A DNA stretch of 64,000 nt from Sphyrna mokarran. Its lineage: Eukaryota. Position 1 is the stretch's first letter. Each line of letters starts with the position of its first letter. This document shows positions 23,029-33,892 of the stretch, piece after piece. The stretch lies in the NCBI GenBank assembly GCA_024679065.1, contig JAGIQG010000006.1:7998001-8062000 (forward strand), read 5' to 3'. Below the pieces are notes generated by a model. The model saw only the letters and a program-made list of their open reading frames with translations, was not told the origin of the DNA and searched no databases. A program made the position numbers and the translations under genes.

Positions 23029-26000
23029 AAGTTTTTCACTCAGAGGGTGGTGAATGAATGGAATCGGCTGCCATCGGAGGTGGTAGAGGCAAACTCGCTG
23101 GGGTCTTTTAAAAGACTTCTGGATGAGTATATGGGAACTAATGGGATATGGGGTTATAGATAGGTCTGTGGATTGGTAGGTATGGATGTGATTGGCACAA
23201 CTCGTGGGCCAAAGGGCCTGTTTGTGCTGTAGTGTTCTATGTTCTATGTTCTAAAACCAAGGATTGATGGGGTGATCTCTCCCGAGGCTGATTCTTTTAG
23301 CAGTTGGTGTAATGGAGCCATGATGGAGGCAAGGTTGGACATAAATTTCCCATAGTAAGTTACCAATTCCGGAAATAGTTTTAACTCCTGGATGGTGAGA
23401 GCTGGGGCACCTTTGAATGCCTGCACCTTGTCCTCCAAGGGGCGCAGACCAGACTCGTCTACTCTGTAGCATCAATTGGTCATTTAGAAGGTCTGGAATA
23501 CACATTTTCTTCTTAGGCACACACCTGTCTTTGAAAATTGATTTAGAACTTCCTCAACATTCTCTAGGTGCTCCTTATATGTTTTTCCCTCATGACGCCA
23601 TCACCCAGATAAAGTGCAATTTGAGGTAAACCTTGTAAAACTTTCTCCATCGTTTGCTGGGAGATTGTGCAGGCTGACAATACTCCAAATGGCAGTCTAG
23701 TGTATTGATAAAGACTCTTAAGAGTATGACTATCTATGGGAATCCTCATCTATCTGTACTTGTAAGTTAGTGTGAATCGTATCAAGTTTTGAAAACTTCA
23801 TCCATAAATCCTTGATCTGAGGGATTGGGTATTTATCCAGTTTTGAGAAACTGTTTGCCATTTGTTTAAGTGGACTGATCCATCTGGTTTCAAAATTGGC
23901 ATGCCTGATGCTGCCCATTCTACAAATTGGACTGGCTTGATGATCCCTTCATGTTCCAGTCTTCAGATTTCTGCTTCAATTTTTTTTTATAAGGCAATTG
24001 GTACTGGACAGACTTTGCAAAATCATGGAATCGCTCCCTGGTCAACATATTAGGTCACCTTGGCTCCTTTTTTGGTCCCTAGCCCTTCCTGGAAAACTTT
24101 AGGGAATTTAAGCAGAACTTCACTCAGGTGGCCATTCTCTACCTGAAAAATGTTGAGCCAATCTAGGTGTGCCTCTCACCATTAATTTTGTTCCATTAGG
24201 CTTGGTCCTGAGACCTCCACTACAATCACTGATAACCAAACCAGCTGCCTTTCACGGGAAAGAGAGACTAAGGTTATTCCCACAATTCACAAAGCTTTCC
24301 CTGTATAGTTTTGCAGTCCTGCTGACATATTGAGTAAAGTTAAGGACTTGAGTTCTGGACAAATTTTACGGAACATTGATTCTTTGATCACTGATAATGG
24401 CCGCAATGATATCGACCTCCATTAGTACTTGATACCTATTTAATCATACATTTATCTTGATTGGACTTGGACATCAATATGCAATTTAATTGTTCTAAAT
24501 CAGATATGGCTGGACCTTCCGAGATCTAAAGTCTCCTGCGTATTGGCCTATAAGTTGTTTTTTTAAATCTAGATCTTGTAGCACTCCTTTGTTGTTTCGA
24601 CTCTGCATACCGGCAACAAATGCAATGTGAGATTCTGAAGGGACTTGCGACTATTTGGCCAAAGTTTGGCTTTGTTTTGAGGCTGTGCGGTGGACAGCCC
24701 TGGAGTTATGTGTATCTGGATACTTTCTGAGTGAGGCTATGTAATCATCAGTGCTCAAGCGATGATCCCCGAATTCAAATGAACTGGCCTGGATGTCGAC
24801 TTCTACTAGGTGCTTTGCAACTCATGTGCTCCACTTGCAGCATTTCCCAATGATAAGGCCAGCTGTAGTTCCTGTCTGAAGTCCAGCTGAACTTCAGCGA
24901 AGAGATGGTTTTGAATAGTTACGTTATTAATCCTACATTCCAGACGGTCGCTCAGCATTTTGTTAAGGGTTAAACCAAATTCACATGCTTCGACTAGTTA
25001 TCTTAACCTGGTTAGAAAACCCATGACAGATTCCTCTGGCTCTCAGATTGCTGAGTAAAAGCCGTAACATCTCAGAATTAGGGGTGACTTGGGGTCGTAG
25101 TATTCTGTAACCAGTTCAGTCAATTCTTGAAAGGTGCCTCAGAGAAAGTTAACCTTCGAAAGACAGCAAATACTGAAGCCTGACAGGCAGTCAGGAGAAT
25201 TACCCATTTTTCATCTGCCATAATGTCGTTTTACCCAAAAAAAGAAACACATGCATTCCACATATTGGGCCCAGTCCTTGACAGGGTTGAACAAGTTAGC
25301 CTTCCAAACAAAGGCCTGAAGCATTAGAATAGCTTACCATAACTTAGGCCAACTGTTGTGCACAAATTCCTTCAGGGTCATGTTTTACCATGTCACCACT
25401 GAAAAAGCTCCTCACTTCACCAAGTTTAGATTTATTTACATAGTAAGCAACACTCAAACAGATACTTCCTCGTACAGATTGTAAACACAGAGTACCAGTA
25501 ACCCTGACGCTCCACATTATGTACGCATGCAGGGCTCTCTGAATGGACAAGCCATTACTGCCTTAATCTATGAGCTTATATTCTAAGAGGTCCACATTGT
25601 GGGCCTTGTTAAAGTCATTACTTTTTCCACAGACAGTCACCCAAGGTTGGAATCAAATCCAAGATTTTAGCGCCGTGAGGCAACAGTATCACTGTGCCAC
25701 TGAACCGCCCTGAGGCCCCTGCATTGATTCTTTTGGCACAATGCTATTCACTGCCTGCCAACTTGAAAAAGCCCAATTTATGCCACTCTCTATATATTAA
25801 ACAATCAATCCATGCTAAAACATTACATCTGACTCCATGATTTGCAAATTAACCTTTTGTGGGACACCTTGTTCAAAACCTTCTGGAAATCCAGACACAC
25901 TTTGGGTCAAATCTTCCAAAAAAAGGCAGAGTTTTGTTTCTAGTGAGAAAACTGAGAGAAATAGGTTGGTTTTTCTCCAGATCTTGTGACACTCTGCCAA

Positions 26001-27419
26001 AAAAAATCAAGGGGGAATTGTCAGGCAAGGCAACGGAGCCTCAACACGATAGCGAAGCCCATCTGCACTGACATCCCATTAGAACAGCATTAAAGCTCAC
26101 TGTGTAGCTCATCATGGAGGTTTCAAGGGCACCTGTCTCCACCCTACCCCATAGGAGCCGCCATACAATTCCAACTTTCCCACCCCCAGTTGTAATTAGT
26201 GGCCCCTTCATCTTCGCTCACCCCCGCCACCCACCCCACAGTCAGAGCTGGCACCCCTCCCACTCCAAAACGCCATTGCTGGCATCCCCTGCACCCCTGT
26301 CTGCTCCAGTCCACCACCTTATATAAATGAATGCCTCCTGCATGAAGCTCCCTCTGTGATCCATATCTTAGTGCTGGTTGATACTGTCAGGGTGGCGCTT
26401 CTAGAGTGGTACTGCCAGGGTAGCATGGCCAGGGTGCCAACCTGACAATGCTGATCTGTGCTGGGCGAATTGCCAGGCCACTGCCTGCCTATGTCTCCTC
26501 CTCACCCTCCCCGCAGGGAGCTATACTTGCCTTAACACCCCAGAGGGAATCCCCATGACAGATTCATGTCTGGGTGAACCTGTTGTAAACCACACCAACG
26601 TGATGTTACGTTGATGTGATTTGAAAATACAGAGACTGGAGATCAATATCTAGCGAGGGGACATTTTAATAATATTCAAATGTATTGAAATATATGTAAA
26701 TCAGATTCACGTTTGTTGTGGACACAAACCTGATGACATCACTAAGTGAGTGGCAGGGAAGATCCAAAATTATGATCTTGCTAGTGAGAGCTGAGTGTCC
26801 ACTAGCATTTCCATGATAGCGGGAATGCCCCTTTATCTTTTGGTTTCCCCTTACCAGTTACACTCTCAAAAATCTCCAATAAATGTGTTAAAAAGCATTT
26901 CCCTTCAGAAAAAACATGTTGACTTGTTCTGTTTTTAAATTATTTCATGGGATATAGGCATTGCTGGCTAGATCAGCATTTTTATTCCACTCTGCTAATT
27001 GCCTTTGAGAAGATGGTGGTGAGCTGCCTTCTTAATCCACTGCAGTCCATATGGAGCCTCCTCCTCCAAGGAGCTGTTTGATAGATTGCCACCATTCAGA
27101 ACTAAATATGGCAGGATTGCAGAGCTTAAATCTCAGATAATCACATTAGGTTTTCCAAATGCATTGTTAATACTTCCTTAATAATAGATTCTAGCTTTTT
27201 GCCAAGAATTGATATAGACTAACTGGCCCATGTTTCCCTAATTCCTCCCATGAAGTAACATTTGCTGACTTGCAATCTGATGAGATTTTTCTGAAGCTAA
27301 TGAATTCTGAAGCCAACCGATTCAAGAATAGCTTCTTCCTTACTACTGTCACTCTTTTGAATGGACATACCTTGCATTGAGCTGATCTTTCTCTGCACCG
27401 TAGCTATGACTGTAAGACT

Positions 27420-27990
27420 ACGGGCCCGATTTTTATCAAAAATTGAAATTGCAGTAAATTTGGGTGTTGGACCTCTAACACGATCTGCACCCAAAACCAA
27501 GCAGATCACACCTTTACTGACATCAGATTTGGGCGTGGATCAGGTCCGTGCCTCAATCGGGCAGCCTGATGATTTAAATGCATTAGTATGCATTTAAATT
27601 GACTTAATGAACCACACGCCGAACTCTGCCACCAAATCGCTCTTTACCGTCTTCAGAACTGTTCTGGATCTGCGCTGTTACCAATCTGCAGAATAAAAAT
27701 CCAAAGCGGATTCCTGTTCTGCAGGGGAACCTCCAAAGCCCATTCTCCTCGAATATCCTTCGCAGACCTCCCGCTAACCACCCCAGCAGACCCGCACCTC
27801 CATGATCTGAACTCCCTGGGAGGCAGACACCTCCCTGCGATCAGACCCCTCCCCAGGAGGCAGCCCCCCCGGCAGCAGCCCCCCACACCACATGGTCAGA
27901 GTCCCCTGGGAGGCAGGCCTCCCCTTGGCAGAGCACACCCCCAAAATACCTCAATTGCTGCTGTCCCTCCACCGTCCTTCTGACCTGCAT
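27420..27990. mobile_element. GC-rich MITE-like non-autonomous repeat (similar element ~26000-26830)
   Basis: GGGCCCGATTTTTA terminus and C-rich internal low-complexity repeats. The family is not identified. Confidence 0.4.
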
Positions 27991-27995
27991 CCATT

Positions 27996-28830
27996 GATGT
28001 GCAGATGCCAGCATTGGACTGGGGTAAACACAGTAAGAAGTCTCACAACACCAAGTTAAAGATCTATTGGAGTTTAACCTGGTGTTATGAGACTTCTTAC
28101 TGCACTCGTTGGACAGCCTGCAGTACCTTCTTGGCCTTCTACTGGTGTCTGCCGGAAGGTGGGCTGGGGTCAGATGGATCTCTGGTAAGGGAGGGAGGTG
28201 GGGTCAGATGGATCTCTGGTTAAGGAGGGGGGGCTCAGATGGATCTCTGGTTAAGGAGGGGGGCTCAGATGATCTGGTTAAGGAGGGGGGCTCAGATGGA
28301 TCTCTGGTTGGGGCGGGAGGGCGGCTCAGATGGATCTCTGGTTGGGGCGGGGAGGACGGGCTCAGATGGATCTGTAAGGAGGGGGGGCTCAGATGGATCT
28401 CTGGTTGGGCGGGGAGGCGGCTCAGATGGATCTCTGTTGGGGCCGGGAGGGCGGGCTCAGATGGATCTCTGGTTAAGGAGGGGGGCTCAGATGGATCTCT
28501 GGTTAAGGAGGGGGGGCGGGCTCAGATGGATCTCTGGTTGGGGGGGGGGGGGGGGGCTCAGATGGATCTCTGGTTGCGGGGGAGGTAGAATCTCCACCTC
28601 GCCCGCAACCAGAGATCCATCTGAGCCCGCCCTCCCCGCCCCAACCAGAGATCCATCTGAGCCCACCTCCCCTCTCCGGCAGATGCCAGCAGAAGCTCAG
28701 GAAGGTGTTGTAGGCTGTCTACCGAATGCAGTAAGAAGTCTCACAACATCATTAAACTCCAACAAGACTTTAACCTGGTATTGTGAGACTTCTTATTGTG
28801 TTTACCCCAGTCCAACGCTGGCATGTGACA
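27996..28830. repeat. Large nested inverted repeat with Penelope-type arms and an internal ~31-bp G-rich minisatellite
   Basis: Arms 27996-28165 and 28670-28830 are reverse complements, and each contains a hairpin. There are 13 copies of GGCTCAGATGGATCTCTGGTT.. at 28165-28590 and 2 inverted copies at 28600-28665. The centre of symmetry is near 28590. Confidence 0.9.
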
Positions 28831-28859
28831 ATAATAAATCAAATCAAATCAAATTTTGA

Positions 28860-31760
28860 AAATGACAGCCAGTAAGCACATCCTTCATCTCTGCAGTTAT
28901 CTCCTTTAAGTCTGAGGCTGTGGCCCATCAGGCCCCTTGGATTTAATCCTTTAAGTTTCTCCAGAACTACTTCTCTTTTGATATTAATTTTTCTAATTTC
29001 CTCACTTTTTAGCCCTATGTTTACTGATTATTTCTGGAATAATATGAAATATTTGTCTAATGCCCCATCATTTCCTCATTCTCATGTTAATTTTACCTGT
29101 ATTTGAACCAAATGGACCAAAGTTAACTTTAGTTATTCTCTTTCTTTTTATATGCTTATAAAAACCTCTTACAATCTGTTTTTATATAGCTACCTAGTTT
29201 ATTCTAACATTCTATTCATTTCCCTTTTTGTCAATTTTTTGGTTGCCCTTGGCTGGTTTCTAAAATGTTCCTAATCCTCAGAGATCTAGGGTTCTTTGCA
29301 ATATTAGAAGCTTCCTCTTCTAATCTAAAACTAACCCTAACATTCTGAATGAGCCATAGTCTTTCTTGCTAAGTTTTTCAATAGAATATACAGTTTTGGA
29401 CATTTGAATTCTTTCCATTTCCTACTGTTTATTTACAGCCAAACCTTTTAGTCTATTTAGCCAGTTTTCCTCTCGTACCTATATAACGTGTTTTGCTCAA
29501 GTTTAAGATTCTTGTCTGTGCTTGGGATCTGTCACTTTCAAATTTAAACTGGAATTCATCACTGTTTCCAGTGGATTCTTTATAATGGCATTACTAATTA
29601 ACCCTGATTCACTACACAATACCAAATCTATGATAGCTTTATCTGTGGGTGATTCCACTACAGACAGGTTCAGGAAACATTCCACAAACTCACCTTCAAT
29701 GTAGATTACTCTTACCAATTTGATTGTTCCAGTCTAGATGAAAATTAATGTCCCTCACAATTATTGCATCTTCTGTACTACAACCGCCAATGGTTTCTTG
29801 TTTCATGCTCTGTCCAATTGTATAACTACTATGAAGGGCCTGTTTTATGACTCTTGCTATTTCTAATTCTGTGTCACCTGTGAACTTACTGATCATACCC
29901 ACCCTCCATATTCCCATCTAGCCAGCAGTCGTAATACACATTGGTAAAAACAATATAGGTTAAAAAAAGAATGAAGTCCTGTAAACATTATATAAGGAGT
30001 TAGGAAGTAAATTGAAAAGTAACACCACAAAGGTACTGATTTCAGGAATACTACCAGTGCCACATGCTGGTCAGAATAGAAATAGCAGGATATATCAGAT
30101 GAGTGTGTGGCTGAAGAGATAGTTTGAGGAGGGGAGTTTCAGATTCATGGGACATTGGGAGCATTCTGCGGAGGTGGAACCAGTACACACTGGATTGGTT
30201 ATACCTGACATTCTAGGGTGAGTATTTGCTAGAGTGTTTGGAAAAGGCTTAAGCTGAGATGGCAGGGGAGAATAGCCATCTATGTAAGGTGTCTAAGGAG
30301 AGAGAATGAAGGACAAGAACAAACAATTGTAGAGCCAAAGGGACTATTTCCTGTGCTGTGCTGTTCTTTGTAAAATACAGAAAGGGAAATAAGAAAAGTG
30401 ATAGGCAGAGAAACCAAAGAGCCAGAATTAAAGATGGCCAACAATGAAAAACAAGTAACAAGTAGTGTCAGAAAGGCAAGCCTTAGAGTTCTGTACCTTA
30501 ATCCATGGAGCATTCTTAGTAAAGTGAATGAATTAATTGCATAAACAGGTATGATATAGTTAAAATTATGAAACATGGCTGCTGGGTGACCAGGCATGGA
30601 ACTGAACTCTGAGATTTCAATGTTTAGGAAGGAAAAGGCAGTGGAGTTACATTGCCGGTTAAAGAGGAAATTAATGCAATAATGAGGAAAGATATTAGTT
30701 CTGACCATATGGAATCTGTATGGGTAGAGCTAAAAAACATTAAAGGGTAAAAAAATGTTAGTGGGGATTATATCTAGATCCCCCAAACTGTAGTGGAATG
30801 TTGGGGACAAAATTAAACAGGAAATCAGAGATGCAAGTGAAAAAGGAACATCTATAATTTAGGTGACTTTAATCTGCATATAGATTGGCAAATCAAGTTA
30901 GTCATAATACCATAGAGGGGACATTCTTGGAGTGTATACAGTCTAGTTTTCTGGAGCAATATGTTTTTAAACTATAACCCAGCAGCTTTCAATAAAAACA
31001 TTTACCAAATTCACTATCTCTTGGTTTCTAGTCCAGCTGTGTGATTATCCAGGCTATCCCTGGGCTGTCTGACTGATTGATTCCCCACATGTATTTTAAC
31101 AAAGTCTTTTGCAACCTCTAGAGGATCTAGAGAACAGATCATCCAAATTGGGTATTATCTAATGAGAAAGAAATAGTTGACAATCTAGTTATGCAAGATT
31201 CCTTGGGAATGAGTGACCAGAATATGGTAGAATTTTTCATCAAAATAGAGAATGAGATAATTGATTCTGAGACAAGGGTCCGAAATCTTAATAAAAGATT
31301 CTATGATAATATGAGGTGCAAGTTCGCTAAGATGGATTAGGAAATGTTATTTAAAGGGATGATGGTGGATAGACAATGGCAAACATTCAAAGAGCGAATG
31401 GGATGAACTGCAACAATTGTTTATTTCTGTCTGGCACAAAAGTAAAATTGGAAAGGTGGCCAAACCATGTCTTACATAGGAAAACAGAGATAGTATTGGA
31501 TCCAAGGAAGAGGCATATACATTGGCCAGAAAAAACAATAGATCTGAGGTAGGGGAGCAGTTTAGAATTCAGCAAAGGAGGGTGAAGGGATTGATTAAGA
31601 AGGGGAAAATAGAGTATGAGAGTAATAATGTAAAAAATGGCTGTAAAAGTTTCTGTAAAGAATAAAAAATTGACGTAGACAAATGTAGGCCCCTTACTGT
31701 CAGAAACAAGGGCATTTGTAATGGAAACGAAGAAATGGCTGACAAAGTAAATACATATGT
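28860..31760. mobile_element. Old degenerate CR1 elements (minus ~28860-29900; plus ~29930-31760 including the ORF1 esterase end)
   Basis: KVLISGILPVPHA and LDWLYL-type ORF1 motifs. EN motifs YRSP, GDFN and SDQN carry many stops. Confidence 0.7.
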
Positions 31761-31826
31761 GGGCAGTGTGGTACACAGTGGTTAGCACTGCTTCTTCACA
31801 GCTCCAGGGACCTGGGTTCGATTCAT
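31761..31826 (+). mobile_element. Truncated tRNA-SINE head
   Basis: GGGCAGTGTGGTACACAGTGGTTAGCACTG..GGGTTCGATTC (A and B boxes). Confidence 0.8.
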
Positions 31827-31890
31827 CTCCCAGACCAGATAGGGGTTTTGAACTAGAGAGTCAGCTACAACCTTGAACATTGATTCTCAC

Positions 31891-32271
31891 CTTTCACTGT
31901 CAGAATAGTTTCTTTTGGTGACTTAAACGTTCCAACATTGAGGTCCACCTGGCAGTGATATGTACCGCTTTCTGCCTTGCTCAGCTGCTCCATCAGTATT
32001 GAGCCATCTTTGTTGCTGAGGTTCCCAGCAAATCTAAGTTGACTCCCACTCCACTGTTTCCCACTCTCACATTGTGCATCCTGCGGATTGTCTGTACCCA
32101 GATATATACACTGAAAGATATATTCTGGGTAACTGTTGAACCATTTCACGGATCCAGTGACTGTGAGATTGGTGTCTGGGTGGGTGAAAATACATGGTAG
32201 GACAGCGGATCCCCCTTCCTCAACACTCACAACATCTGCGACTGTTATTGTCCAACCATTTTTAGAACACG
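31891..32271 (-). CDS. Ig V-set domain exon V1 (Siglec-15-like)
   Basis: Pyrimidine-rich acceptor ...tttccctctacag| and donor AAG|gtgaga enclose 381 nt, phase 1-1, with no stops. Translation: CSKNGWTITVADVVSVEEGGSAVLPCIFTHP..VKWF..FQC..QC..FAGNLSNKDGSILMEQLSKAESGTYHCQVDL..ETILTVK. B-strand Cys, C-strand Trp, YxC and an extra Cys pair are present. Confidence 0.9.
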
Positions 32272-33141
32272 CTGTAGAGGGAAAGAGAGAGAGAGAGAGG
32301 GAAAGAATATTAAAACAGCACAGGGATAGTTCCAAAAACAAGCAACATTTAATATATTGCGTCTGCCAACAAATATAAATAGATACATCACCCAGTCAGA
32401 CTGATATTGCCCAGTTCTGATACAGTGACACTGCAAACTTGCTCTTCAGATATAAAGCTCTCTGATCTCTCAGGATTTAATATCAGTTCATTTATATCTG
32501 CAACAACTGACAACCGAATTGTAGTCTCTTATCTGTTTAATAGTTTTTTTTCTGATGGGGGAGTTCTGGCTGAAACCTGGAAACGTTTGTTCATTGAAAC
32601 TTTGGTGAAAATTGGGAAATCTCTCCCTCAAAAGGTGTTGATGCTGTGGGGTCAATTGAAAATCTCAGAATTGAGATGGATTGTTTTTTGTTTGACGAGG
32701 ATATTGAGAGTTGTGGAACCAAGGCAAGTATTTGGTCCATTAGGATCAAAGACAGGTGAAATTAACATGAGAATGAAGAAATGATGGAGGCATTAAACAA
32801 ATATTTTGTATTATTCCAGAAATAGTCAGTAAATGTGGGATTAAAAAGAGTGAGGAAATTAGGGAAATTAATACCAAAGAGAAGAAGTATTGGAAAAACT
32901 TAAATATTAAATTATGAAAAATCACTGGGGCCTAATGGCCCACACCCTTGGGTTAAAGAAGATAGCTACAGAGATAAAGGAAGCATTGGCTGTAGTTTTA
33001 GGATACTAATCAGCCTTGATCACATTGAATCTAGGAATAGGCTGGAGGGGCTGAATGGCCTGTTTCATGTCCTTTGTGCCTTGCCAGAAACCTGACATTC
33101 TTTCTCTATTCTGTTCCTCAAACTCTGCATTAGACATTCAC

Positions 33142-33153
33142 CTACTGTCAACC
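33142..33153 (-). CDS. Putative 12-nt phase-1/phase-1 micro-exon (second leader exon, adds R-L-T-V)
   Basis: Minus strand reads ttgtcctttttgctacttcattgcag|GGTTGACAGTAG|gtgaat. It is frame-preserving and separated from exon 1 by a 74-nt intron. Confidence 0.5.
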
Positions 33154-33227
33154 CTGCAATGAAGTAGCAAAAAGGACAATTTATGCGACAAAATAAGTTT
33201 GAATAATTATTATTAAAAAGGACCTAC

Positions 33228-33288
33228 TGAAACCCCGCGCTGAGAGCGACAGCAAGACAGTGAAAAGCCAAATGTAGACAGAATCCAT
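33228..33288 (-). CDS. Putative leader (signal peptide) exon 1 of a Siglec-15-like IgSF receptor
   Basis: ATG at 33288 reads MDSVYIWLFTVLLSLSARGF, a hydrophobic core followed by small residues. A phase-1 donor A|GTAGGT follows at 33227. It lies ~1 kb upstream of the V1 exon on the same strand, in non-repetitive sequence. Confidence 0.75.
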
Positions 33289-33519
33289 TCCAAATCTTCA
33301 GTGTTTTGCTTTTGTCACTCACTGATTCTTATCTTTTGACACCGAAATACGGAAATTGCTCAAGATGTTTCTTCACTTCTTGTGAAATCACCCAAAACTG
33401 ATGAAAATTTCCTTGAATTTACTGACTAAGGGGAAATCTGTTTAATAAAAAAATGTATCAGAGAAATTCCGTCAGCAACTGTGGAGAGAGAAACAGAATT
33501 AATGTTTCAAGTCCATTAA

Positions 33520-33751
33520 GTGGAATGTGTCTGGAATGAGTGATAGATGTTTGGAACGCATTGCCAGGGATGACGTGTAGGCAGAAAAAATAGGGACATT
33601 TAAGGGTCTCTTAGACAAGCACATGAATATGCAAGGAATAGAGGGATATGATCCAAGGGCAGTCAGAAGGGGTTAGTTAAATTGCCATCATGTTCAGCAC
33701 AACATCACGGGCCAAAGGGCCTATTCTTGTGTGGTGCTGTTCTATGTTCTA
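33520..33751 (+). mobile_element. CR1 3' end inserted into a Penelope-derived short repeat
   Basis: VWNALPG..FKGLLDKHMNMQGIEGY, stem-loop and ATGTTCT tail. Confidence 0.8.
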
Positions 33752-33892
33752 AGATTCTTCTTCAGAAGCGTTTGGGAAATAGGAAAACTATTTACGTTGA
33801 GCGGAAAACAAGAATGAAATGTTGTTGATTTACAGACCATATCTATTTATATAACTAATACTAAAAATTGGCACAATTCATAGCATCAAGGG

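Larger units (their letters stand above)
19515..23252 (+). mobile_element. CR1 LINE A whose central 1.2 kb (21067-22270) is inverted and which carries two nested CR1 3' ends
   Basis: Plus-strand EN runs to EPWCTK (20330). The minus-strand segment runs from VVNLVRKK to WQMEFNA. The plus strand resumes VHFG at ~22277 and ends in an ATGTTCT tail at ~23250. Confidence 0.88.
19370..25620 (-). mobile_element. Decayed Gypsy/Ty3 LTR retrotransposon (LTR ~25400-25620, PBS-like TGGTGAC 25392-25398, gag-pro-RT-RNase H), split by a CR1 complex at 19515-23252
   Basis: Motifs LYQYTRLPFGV, IALYLGD, YYGKFMSNLASIMAPLHQLL and LAHYNP..LMCDVSSY (19380-19500), plus a gag motif LSDRLECRINN..IQNHL. Confidence 0.8.

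Noticed and set aside
28109-28859. Repeat-protein ORFs or a CRISPR-like array
   Set aside because: The inter-repeat segments are short G-rich variants of each other, not unique spacers. The context is eukaryotic with no cas genes, and the ORFs are by-products of the minisatellite.
31761-31826. tRNA gene
   Set aside because: The A and B boxes belong to a SINE head, and there is no complete cloverleaf.
31865-32341. V exons as rearranging Ig/TCR/NAR V segments
   Set aside because: Both exons include the G strand and end in splice donors. No heptamer/nonamer RSS and no FGxG J motif were seen.
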